64,000 nt of DNA from Mobula hypostoma (Eukaryota), in NCBI RefSeq assembly GCF_963921235.1, contig NC_086097.1, forward strand, positions 118,918,001 through 118,982,000, in the 5' to 3' direction. Positions 49,286 through 60,365 of the stretch are shown in pieces. The first letter of the stretch is position 1, and every line of letters starts with the position of its first letter. The notes under the pieces were generated by a model, which saw nothing but the letters and a program-made list of their open reading frames with translations, was not told where the DNA came from and did not search any database. Position numbers and translations under genes: made by a program.

Positions 49286-49987
49286 TGTAGCCCCCCGGCC
49301 AGCCTCAGGGTCGCTCGGCTCACTGTTGTCTAGGGAAACAGCCCTCGGCCCCGCCAAACTGGGTAATTAGTTTGTGTGGATGCTATGTGATGCACCCCAC
49401 CCCGCCCAAATAACAGACAATACACCAGATACGATCAAATGCTTTACAGTTTATAGATATTACTGGAACTATATAATTAATAGAGAATAAAATATAAAAG
49501 GAAAATAAAAGGCGCCACACTTATCAAAGTTCAATCTCTTCGTGCACAAACAGTTGGAGCTCAGGACCCTTCTTCTTCACCCTGCGACCCCTCAGACCAC
49601 CTCGACCGGCCACCTGGGACCAACAACGGTGGTCGACCAGACGCTCCACACGAGTCTGTCTCTGTCTCCTCTCCTCACCGAACGCCCCGCTCGGGGTCCG
49701 ACCCCGTTAGTGGACTTACAGCACCTGGTCCATCCTCTGTCTCTCTCTCCCGCCTTCTGCCCCAAAACCCTGTGCATACAATATCTTCAGACACACCAAA
49801 AGCATAACAACTATCGCAATTGGTTCATTCGTAACATCTTCTCATCACAGTCTAACCCAAAACAAGCTGCTAGCGCAAGAACTTTCTCAGCGTTTAACAT
49901 AACAAAGAAGCATTCCCAAGTATAACATAACAAAGAAGCCATTTTAATTAGCCTACGCAGTAACATAAAAGACGAAACTACCTTACA
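49286..49987 (-). repeat. 5' LTR of element 2
   Basis: Direct repeat of 45770-46472. Confidence 0.95.
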
Positions 49988-51984
49988 AGTAAAATTGACA
50001 GAGTGAAAAAAAAATTTACAAGGATGTTGCCAAGACTTGCGTTTGAATAAGTTAGGACTTTATTCCTGGGAGTGTAGGATAATGAGGTGAGATTTGATAG
50101 AGGAATATAAAATTATGAAGGATATAGATAAGGTAAAATCAAGCAGGCATTTTCCACTGAGGCTGAGTGAGACAAGAACTAGAGATAATGGGTTAAGGGT
50201 GAAAGATGAAACATTGAAGAGGAAAATGAGGGGAAACCTCTTCACTCAGAGGGTGCTGAGAAATTTGGAAATGCACATGAATGGGCTGGGATGTTCAGAA
50301 TCAGAATCAAAATCAGAATCAGCTTTAGTATCACTGGCATATGTGGTGGAATTTGTTGTTATGCAGCAGCGGTACAATGCAATACATAAAAAAAAAACAA
50401 ATTACAGTAATAAGTATATATGCATATTCTTTAAGAAGTTAAATTAAATAAGTAGTGTAAAAAGAGGAAAAAATGTAGTGAGGTAGTGTTCATGCATTTA
50501 ACGTCCATTCAGAAATCTGATGGCAGAGGGGAAGAAATTGTTCCTGCATCCAGGTGCAGCTCAATGGGACTAGGCAGAATAATAGTTTGGTATGGATTAG
50601 ATGGGCTGAAGGGCCTGTTACTATGTTGTTGTGCTCTATGACTATAATTCAAAGTAAAGGCCCATTATCTCAGTGTTACGGTTAAAGGTAACATGTTATC
50701 TTTAGATTCAAAGGAACAATTCTAAATCATTATTAAAGAGAGTAGTTTGCATCTTTGATGTGGTGACAGTTTAAATTTGTCCAGTTGAATGTGTAAGTAT
50801 ACAGACATTGGACAGTCCCAACTTTATTACTTCCTTATGGCAGACGCCACACAAGATAAAAATAATTCAATGTCTGCTAACAAGACAGTCAGTCATTGAA
50901 GCATATTGTCTCTCTCCAGTATTCTGAGGTAATTATGCATCAGATGATCAAGCTATCAAGGAATGTTTGCTGAAACAGAAACTTGTAGCGAATCTTAGCA
51001 TGCATGATTCATTGCAGATTGCCTGACTGGGATATGGCAGCTACTTTTCAATTTGGGAAAATGTATTTCCATGTCAACCGACTTGCTGTTTTCAATAAAA
51101 AAAAATAGAGCTTTTACAAAACAGATGGAAAATGGGCCATCTGTTTATAAGTGACAAGATTGGAAAAGGAGAATCATTTCCTTGAAAAAAATCTTCCAAC
51201 ACTGTGTTGAATATATTTTCTATTAAAGTTTAGTTACATAAATGAAGTAAGAAAAGGTTTCTTCTTTTGCATGCGCCAACTCTGAAGCATATATGTCAGC
51301 GCAACCATCTGGATAAAGGCATTTCTTTTTGTGTGAAGTCATTTATTGTGAAATTAAATTCCATTCTTTGAACTTCCAGTGAGTCTTTTTTCAAATGTTA
51401 TTTCCCATGAGCACAAGACTTCAGTAGCAGTTTCCACCTGACAGTGCAGCACTGACTGAATGTCCTTCATTATTGAGTCTTTCTTATTGTAACCGTCAGG
51501 GTACGCACCACAACTTGCAAAGAAACATTTCTTCATCATCTGACTGTCAACTGGTGGCCTCTTGTGCCTCAAAGGATGTGACATGCCATGAGAAAAGCCT
51601 CTGGGACTCTTTATGAATCTGACATGTAGCACTTGATGCTGTGCTTAAAGAGATTTCAGTCGAAGGGCACAATATTCTCCAAAGAAAACAGTCCCTTCAC
51701 TGTCTATTTCACATCAAAGTCGATGTTGTATTAGGTGATATTGCTTCAACCTGGATATCTTCATTGGCACTTGCCACCCTATATAAAAAAAACTTTCTTA
51801 GTGATTTTGTTAACATTTCAAAGCAAACATTTCTTTCATCCAAGTGGAACAAAACACTCTATGATCTGATTCTTAATTTCTTATAATGTAGCTTTTCCTT
51901 AGTTTGCTATCAATAGATTTTCTATTCTATTAAAGTGTTAGTGTGATGTTAGTATTGTGACCAATGGAAAAGCCAGCAAAATGA

Positions 51985-52508
51985 GATGAATACAGCCCCA
52001 TCCATCACAGAAAAAGACCTCCTCACCATTGAGTACTTTTACAAGGGCTCTGGCATGAAAAAGCATCATCCAAAATCAAGGACCACCACCTTCCAGGCCA
52101 TTCTCTTTCCTTGCTGCTGCCGGGAAAGGAGGTACGGGAGGATTAGATCCCATACCAACAGCTTCAGGAACATTAGGCTCCTGATCCGATGCAGAAAATA
52201 TCATTGACCTCAGCAGTGAATTGATAAGTGAGAACAAACCATGGGCTTACTTTCAAGGACTCTACAATTCATTTTCTCAGTATTTATTTGTTTAGTTTTT
52301 GTTTGTTCGTTTGTTTATCTATCAATTTATTTATTTATTTGCACAGTTTGTCTTCTTTTGTTCATTGGTTGCTCATCAGTTTTTGTGTCTTTTTTTATTT
52401 ATTCTGTTGTATTTCTTTGCTCTACTGACAATGTCCACAAGAAAATGAATCTCAGGGTTGTATATGGTGACATATACAGTGTATACTCTGATTATAAGTT
52501 TACGCTGA
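51985..52508 (+). mobile_element. Rex-type LINE 3' fragment
   Basis: NTAPSIT...IRSHTNSFRN, plus the aatctcagggttgtatatggtgacat tail shared with the copies at 2010-2150 and 34555-34600. Confidence 0.7.
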
Positions 52509-52654
52509 ATGGGCTGTCTGTTACAATAAGTTGGGACTCTATTCTTGTTTATCACAAGCATTTTAAATGTTCAGAAAGAAGCATGTTCAGCAAAGGAAAT
52601 AAAAATAGATGACAGAAGATCCTCCCGGCAAGCACCATCCTGCCAACTTATCAA

Positions 52655-55600
52655 CAAGATATATAGGGAAGTAGTTACACCCAAGGTGCAGGACAGGTAA
52701 TCACAGGTAACACATTGACTAGCAGGAGGGGGAAAGTGGATAGGCAGCAGGTGCAGAGTAGCCCTGTGGCCGTCCCCCTTAACAATAGGTATACTGCTTT
52801 GGACACTGTTGGGGTTGGCGGGGGGGGGGGGAGAATGACAGCAGAGGGAAGATATAACGGTCAGGTCATTGGCACTGAGTCTGGCTCAGAAGAGGAGGGG
52901 AGAGAGCAGGAGTGCAGTACTGATAGGAGATTCCATAGTTAGAGCAGCCAATAGGAGATTCTGTGGATGTAAAAATGCCACCTGGATGGTATGTTGCATC
53001 CCAGGTGCCAGAGTCAGGGATGTTTCAGATCAGGTCCAACACATTCTATAGAGAGAGAGTAAGCAGCCAGAAGTCATGGTAAATATTGATACTAATGACA
53101 TGCAACAGAGAAAAGAAGGAGGTCCTGAAGAGAAAACGTAGGGAGTTAGACAGAAATCTGAAAAGCAGGACTTTCAGGGCAGTAATCTCTGGATTACTCT
53201 GCCATACACCAGTGACAGTAAGACGAGGATAGTTTGACAGATGAACGTCTGGCTGAGGAATTGGTGCAGGGCCAGGGTTTCAGATTTCTGGATATCTGAG
53301 ATCTTTTCAAGGGAAGGTATGACCTGTACAAAAAGGACAGATTACATCTGAACCCAAGGGGGACCAATATCCTTGTGTCTAGGTTTGCTAGAGCTGTTGG
53401 GGAGGGTATAAACTAATTTGACACGGGGAATGAAACCACAGTGACATTGCAAGTTGGTATTCAAGTCAACGCAGTGTGTAGTGAGAAAGGACCAGCAGAT
53501 AAGAGGGCAAAATTGCACTCAGTGACATGAGTTTAAATGCAACATGGGGGCCAAAGCAAGTGTTATATTTGAATGTAGAAGGTATACAGAATAAAGTAGA
53601 TGATCTTGTAGCACACTTAGAGACTGGCAAGTATGACGTGTGGGTAGAATTAAGAAATTTCAAGGGTAGGAACACACTAATGAGAGTTATATGCAGGCCA
53701 CCGATCAGTAGCCCAGATGTGGAGTACAAATTACAATGGACGATAGAAATTACATGTAAAAGGCAACGTTACAATAGTCATAGGGGGTTTCAATATGCAA
53801 GTAGATTGGGAAAATCAGGTAGGTGTTGAATCTCAAGAGGTGGAATTTGTAGAATCCTATAAAATAGCATTTCAGATACACAGATAGATAAATACTTTAT
53901 GGATCCCAAAGGAAATTCCAGTGCCACAGTCGCATTACAAGTGTACAGATATAAAATATTAGGAGAAAGAAAGAATCCTTGGACACTACCTCACTTTCTT
54001 TAATATACAGTATTTCTGCTTTTTGCATGTGTTTTTCTAATCTATTCAATATAAGTATACTTGTTTATTATTATTTTTAAAATTTTATTTATTATTATTA
54101 TTTTTCTCTTCTAGATTATGTATTGCATTGAACTGCTGCCTCTAAGTTAACAAATTTCACGTCACATGCTGATGATAATAAATCTGATTCTGATTCTGAA
54201 ATGAGATACCTAGAGCAGTCTAACAGGAGGCAGTCATCCACTTCCCCAGCTATAGGTTGACTCATTTTAGAGCCTAATGGCCGAGGCAAGAACGACCTCA
54301 TATAGTGCTCTTTGGAGAAGAATGGTTGTCTTAGTCTATTACTAATAGTGGTGCTCTGTTCAGCCAACGTGGCATGCAGAGGAGGAGAAACATTGTCCAG
54401 AATAGCCAGGATTTTCCTTAAGGTCCTTAGTTCTATCACACCTTCCAGTGTGTCCATTTTGACTCCTATAACAGAGCCAACCTTTCTAATCAGTTTGTTA
54501 AGTCTGTTGGCATCACTCATGTTGATGCCATTGCCCCAGTACACCACTGCAGAGAGGATTGTATTGGCAAAAACAGATTGGTAGAACATATGAAGGAGAG
54601 GTCTGCATACTCCAAAGGACCTCAGTCTTCTGAAGAAGAGGATCTTGTGGTTGAGCCCATGAGGAAAAAAGCAATTCTGGATTGGATTTTGCACAATCAA
54701 CCAGGTTTGTTGAAGGAGTTTAAGTAATGGAACTCTTAAGAGGCAGTTACCATAAAACGATGCAAATTATCCTGCAATTTGAGAAGTCAGATGCATCAGT
54801 ATTACAGTGGAGTTAAGGGAATTACAGAGGCATGAGAAAGAGGTGGCTAAATTTGATTAGAAGGGGACACTAGCAGGACTGATGGTAGAACAGCAATGGC
54901 TGGTGTTTTTGTAAGGCGCAGGATAGATACCTCCCAAGTAAGAAAGAATAGTCTAAAGGGAGGATGACACAACCGTGGCTGATGAGGGAAGTCAAAGACA
55001 GCATAAAAGCAGAGCATATAATATAGCAAGAATTAGTGGGAAGTTAGAGAATTGGAAAACTTTTAAAAAACAACAACAACAGAAGACAAGTAAAATGTCA
55101 TAAGAAGAGAAAAGATGAAGTATGAAGGTAAGCTAACCAATAGTATAAAACAGGATACAATAAGTTTTTATCAGATATATAAAGCGTAAAAGGGAGGCAA
55201 GAATGGGTATCAGACCACTAGAAAATATTGCTGGAGAGGTAGCAATGAGAGACAAAGAAATGGTGGACAAACTTAAAAAGTATTGTGCATTAGTCTTCAC
55301 TGTGGAAGACACTAGCTATATGCCAGAAATTTGTGAGTGTTGTGGTTCATATGTGAGTGTAACTGTTTTTACTAAGAAGATGGTTAGGAAGCTAAAGGGT
55401 CTGAAGGTGGATAAGTTATCTTGACAAAATGGACAACATCCCAATGTTCTGAAGGAGATAGCAGAAGAAAATGTGAAGGAATTAGTAATGATCTTTTAAT
55501 AATCAATCGATTCTGGCATAGTTTCAGAGGACTGGAAAATTGCAAATATCACTTCGCCCTCTAAGAAGGGAGGGAGGCAGAAGTAAGGAAGTTATAGGCC

Positions 55601-56122
55601 TGATAGCCTGACTTCAGACATTGGGAAGCTGTTGGGAGTCCATTACTATGGATGAGGTTTCAGGGTATTTAGAGGCACATGATAAAATAGGTGAAAGTCA
55701 GCATGATTTCTTTAAGGGGAAATCTTCTTTGACAAATCTATTGGAATTCTTCAAAGGGAAATTACAAATACTGAAAGGTCCAGATAGAGTGGATGTTTCC
55801 TGTAGTGGGAGAGTCTAGGACCGGAGGACACAGACTCAGAATAGAGGGACGTCCATTTAGAACAGAGATGAGGAGGAATTTCTTTAGCTAGAGAGTAGTG
55901 AATCATGGAATTCATTGCCACAAATTGCTGTGGCAGCCGAGTCATTGGTTATATTTAAATAAGAGGCTGATTGGTTCTTGTAAATGCATCAAAGTTTATG
56001 GGGCATTGAGAGATTGAAAAGAAGAATAAATTAGCCATGTTGGAATGGCGGAGCAGACACAATTGGCTAAATGATCTAATTATGTTCCTATGTCTAATTT
56101 TGTTCCTACATCTTATGGTCTT
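52655..56122 (+). mobile_element. Degenerate, internally deleted CR1 LINE (ORF1 to 3' UTR)
   Basis: VPLNNRYTALDTV, LIGDSIVR...MVCCIPGARVRDVS, SLTNLLEFF and a terminal tcttatggtctt. Confidence 0.85.
53875..54640 (-). mobile_element. Rex1-like 3' fragment (with an opposite-strand tail insertion at ~53980-54198) nested in the CR1
   Basis: ORF 54116..54700 reads RRLRSFGVCRPLLHMFYQSV...AVVYWG...ILDNVSPPLH. Confidence 0.8.
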
Positions 56123-57111
56123 AAAGATAGCTGAGATATGTGGGCATTCTTGCCCGTCATCTAATGTACTCTTTAATAGTGGAACTAACAGCAATTTGAG
56201 GTTCCCTCTTGGAAGTTGGTCACCTCAGGGTGGGGCATGCTCTGTTTTAGATATCCCTATTCTTGGTACACTGCAAGTAGTGAACTGAAAGAAGATGACC
56301 AATAGCCTTTAATATGATGTAATTTCTACTATTTTAGCTCAGTTCTATTCCTGTTCCTGTTTCAGTCGCACTCGCATCAGGGAGGAGAACACGTAACATC
56401 TACAGCAAGTCCACCAGACTCAAAAACAGTTACTTTCCCAAAGCGGTAAGTCTGATCAATACCTCCACCTACAAAGCTACCCCTCCGCAGCCCCAACCAC
56501 CACCTGTTTATCATTTCCTGTCAGTCACCTTAAGTACAGATACTCCTGTGCTGAGCATCACTTTATGGACAATCTATCTATCTATAGAAGTTATATTGCA
56601 TATTATTTTTATTTTGTTTCATTATTATTATTGTGTTCTTTATTTTGCTTTTTTTGTGCTTTACACTTGTGTACTGGAAATGACATTAAACAATCCTGAA
56701 TCTTAGTTATCCCATAAAAGATTTTCTTGTTTAATTCAAGTTGAGTGTATTGGCATGTGAATCAGTACAGTGGAAAACTTGCTTTTTGCAGTAACACAGA
56801 CAACACAGAGAATATAGGTTATGCATAAATTTTGCATAAAATTATCCTGTGCAGTGAATATAAAGACGGTGCAAAAGCAAGGGTTGGATGCACAAAACCA
56901 TTGTCAGCAAGTGATCTGTAGTGTCCCACTTCTGAGGCAGGGTTAGGGTTGTACAGCTAAGTTCAAATACTGATGGTTGTAATAAAATAGCTGCTCCTAA
57001 ACCTGGAGGTGTGAGATTTGGCTTCTCTATCTCCTTGCTGACTGCAGCAGCGAGAAGAAGGCATGATCTGTATGGTGGGGATCTTTGTAAAGAATGGTCT
57101 TCATTTGATAA

Positions 57112-57262
57112 TTCATGGTAGTGCAGTGGTGAGGCACCACTTTGCAATGCAAGCTGTAAGCTAGAGGTTCGATTCCTGCTGGTATCTGTAAGGAGTCTGT
57201 CTATTCACCTCGTGACCACGTGGGTTGCCTCCAGATGCTCCGGTTTCCTCCGACATTCTGCC
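57112..57262 (+). mobile_element. tRNA-derived SINE (HE1/V-SINE-like), partial
   Basis: A-box-like tggtagtgcagtgg, B-box ggttcgattcc and central gtgggttgcctccagatgctccggtttcctcc. Confidence 0.7.
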
Positions 57263-57344
57263 AATGTGAGCTGTGACCATGCTGTGTTGGTATCTGTCAT
57301 CTGGTGATGCTTGTGGGCTGCCAGCAGAATCTTCACTGATTTTA

Positions 57345-57890
57345 ATTGATGCAGAATTAGGTGTAATATCACTGGCATATAACATGAAATTGCATTGTTT
57401 TGGGGTTGCAGTATACTCCAATACATAATATAAGAATGAATTACAATAAGAAATATATATCATATAATGAATAAGTACTGCAAAAATAAGAAATAAAATA
57501 TTGAGGTAGTGTGCATGGGTTCGTTATCCATTCAGAAATCTGATGGCATAGAGGACAAAGCTGTTTCTAAAATGTTGAGTGTGTATCTTTAGGCTTCTGT
57601 ACCTATTCCTTCATGGTAGCAATGAGAAGACAGCATGTCCTGGATGATAGGTGCCCCTAATATTGGATGGTACCTTTCTGATGCTTTGCCTTTTGAAGAT
57701 GTCCTCAGTGCAGGGGAGACTAGGACCCATGATGGGGTTGGCTGAGAATGCAAATTTCTGCAGCTTTTTCCGATCCTGTGCCCCTCCATACCAAATGGTG
57801 ATGCAACCAGTTAGAATGCTCTCCTTGGTATGTCTGTAGAAACATACAAGAGTCTTTAGTGTCATACTAAGTCACTTCAAACTTGTAATT
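57345..57890 (-). mobile_element. Rex-type LINE 3' fragment
   Basis: ORF 57611..57865 reads FYRHTKESILTGCITIWYG...HPGHAVFSLLP. Confidence 0.8.
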
Positions 57891-57966
57891 CTGGCCATGA
57901 CCAACCTCTCACAGTAGATGTGAGTGCCACTAGGCAGCAGTTGTTGAGGCAGCTCACCCTGCTCTT

Positions 57967-60362
57967 ACATAGAACATAGAACATAGAACATAGAATAGTA
58001 CAGCACAGTACAGGCCATTCGGCCCACAATGTTGTGCCGACCCTCAAACACTGCATCCCATATAAGCCCCCAACTTAAATTCCTCCATATACTTGTCTAG
58101 TAGTCTCTTAAACTTCACGAGTGTATCTGCCTCCACCACTGACTCAGGCAGTGCATTCCACGCACCAACTACTCTCTGAGTAAAAAAACCTTCCTCTAAT
58201 ATCCCCCTTGGACTTCCCACCCCTTACCTTAAAGCCATGTCCTCTTATATTGAGCAGTGGTGTCCTGAGGAAGAGGCGCTGGCTATCCACTCTATCTATT
58301 CCTCTTATTATCTTGTACACCTCTATCATGTCTCCTCTCATCCTCCTTCTCTCCAAAGAGTAAAGCCCTAGCTCCCTTAATCTCTGATCATAATGCATAC
58401 TCTCTAAACCAGGCAGCATCCTGGTAAATCTCCTCTGTACCCTTTCCAATGTTTCCACATCCTTCCTGAGTGAGGCGACCAGAACTGGACACAGTACTCC
58501 AAGTGTGGCCTAACCAGAGTTTTATAGAGCTGCATCATTACATCGCGACTCTTAAACTCTATCCCTCGACTTATGAAAGCTAACACCACATAAGCTTTCT
58601 TAACTACCCTATCCACCTGTGAGGCAACTATCAGGGAGCTGTGGACATGTACCCCCAGATCCCTCCGCTCCTCCACACTACCAAGTATCCTGCCATTTAC
58701 TTTGTACTCTGCCTTGGAGTTTGTCCTTCCAAAGTGTACCACCTCACACTTCTCCGGGTTGAACTCCATCTGCCACTTCTCAGCCCACTTCTGCATCCTA
58801 TCAATGTCTCTCTGCAATCTTTGACAATCCTCTACACTATCTACAATACCACCAACCTTTGTGTCGTTTGCAAACTTGCCAACCCACCCTTCCACCCCCA
58901 CATCCAGGTCATTAATAAAAATCACGAAAAGTAGAGGTCCCAGAACAGATCCTTGTGGGACACCACTAGTCACAACCCTCCAATCTGAATGTACTCCCTC
59001 CACCACGACCCTCTGCCTTCGGCAGGCAAGCCAATTCTGAATCCACCTGGCCAAACTTCCCTGGATTCCATGCCTTCTGACTTTCTGAATAAGCCTACCG
59101 TGTGGAACCTTGTCAAATGCCTTACTAAAATCCATATAGATCACATCCACTGCACTACCCTCATCTATATGCCTGGTCACCTCCTCAAAGAACTCTATCA
59201 GGCTTTTTAGACATGATCTGTCCTTCACAAAGCCATGCTGACTGTCCCTGATCAGACCATGATTCTCTAAATGCCCAGAGATCCTATCTCTAAGAATCTT
59301 TTCCAACAGCTTTCCCACCACAGATGTAAGGCTCACTGGTTTATAATTATCCGGACTATCCCTACTACCTTTTTTGAACAAGGGGACAACATTCCTCTCC
59401 CTCCAATCCTCCGGTACCATTCTCATGGGTAACGAGGACATAAAGATCGTAGCCAGAGGCTCAGCAATCTCTTCCCTCGTCTCGTGGAGCAGGCTGGGGA
59501 ATATTCTGTCAGGCCCGGGGACTTATCCGTCCTAATGTATTTTAACAACTCCAACACTTCCTCTCCCTTAATATCAACATGCTCCAGAACACCAACCTCA
59601 CTCATATTATCATCCTCTCCATCATCAAGTTCCCTCTCATTGCTGAATACCGAAGAGAAGTATTCATTGAGGACCTCGCTCACTTCCACAGCCTCCAGGA
59701 ACATCTTCCTACCTTTATCTATAATCGGTCCTACCTTCACTCCTGTCATCCTTTTTTTCTTCACATAATTGAGGAATACCTTGGGGTTTTCCTTTACCCT
59801 ACTCGCCAAGGCCTTCTCATGCCCCCTTCCTGCTCTTCTCAGCCCCTTCTTAATCTCCTTTCTTGCTTCTCTATATTCCTCAATAGACCCATCTGATCCC
59901 TGCTTCCTAAACCTCATGTATGCTGCCTTCTTCCACCTGACTAGATTTTCCACCTCACTTGTCACCCATGGTTCCTTCACCCTACCATTCTTTATCTTCC
60001 TCACCGGGACAAATTTATCCCTAACATCCTGCAAGAGATCTCTAAACATCGACCACATGTCTATAGTACTTTTCCCTGCAAAAACATCATTCTAATTCAC
60101 ATCTGCAAGTTCTAGCCTTATAGCCTCATAATTTGCCCTTCCCCAATTAAAAATTTTCCTGTCCTCTCTGATTCTATCTTTTTCCATGATAATGCTAAAG
60201 GCCAGGGAGCGGTGGTCACTCTCCCCCAGATGCTCATTCACTGAGATCTGTGACCTGACTTGATTTGTTACCTAGTACTAGATCTAGTATGGCATTCTCC
60301 CTAGTTGGCCTATCCACATGCTGTGACAGGAATCTGTCCTGGACACACTTAACAAACTCTTC
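57967..60362 (-). mobile_element. Fairly young 5'-truncated CR1 LINE (ORF2 with frameshifts), (CATAGAA)n tail
   Basis: ORFs 59423..60058, 58404..59441 (YMDFSKAFDKVPH, GVPQGSVLGP, FANDTK) and 58144..58458. Confidence 0.93.
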
Positions 60363-60365
60363 TTG

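Larger units (their letters stand above)
45770..49987 (-). mobile_element. Non-autonomous Ty3/Gypsy LTR retrotransposon (PNMA-type gag) carrying a captured myosin segment, TSD AGTA
   Basis: LTRs are at 45770-46472 and 49286-49987 (TG...CA). AGTA is at 45766-45769 and 49988-49991. The PPT is at 46473-46483 and the PBS at 49263-49280. Confidence 0.95.
45140..50645 (+). mobile_element. Old CR1 3' fragment hosting the MITE and LTR element 2
   Basis: ttggagtatt...gtgcagttctagtcacct (to 45227), gatagatatcagta (45756-45769) and aaattgacagagtg...tttacaaggatgttgcc (49992 onward) join into the CR1 LEY..QF.SP..KDISKI.RV..KFTRML motif. Confidence 0.7.

Noticed and set aside
57112..57180. tRNA gene
   Set aside because: It has A/B-box-like motifs but no convincing cloverleaf, and it continues into a SINE body.
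57967..57995. Short tandem arrays (CATAGAA, CATAGT, CTATTGT, GATTCT) as CRISPR or satellite
   Set aside because: They have no spacers, and each is the microsatellite 3' tail of a LINE.
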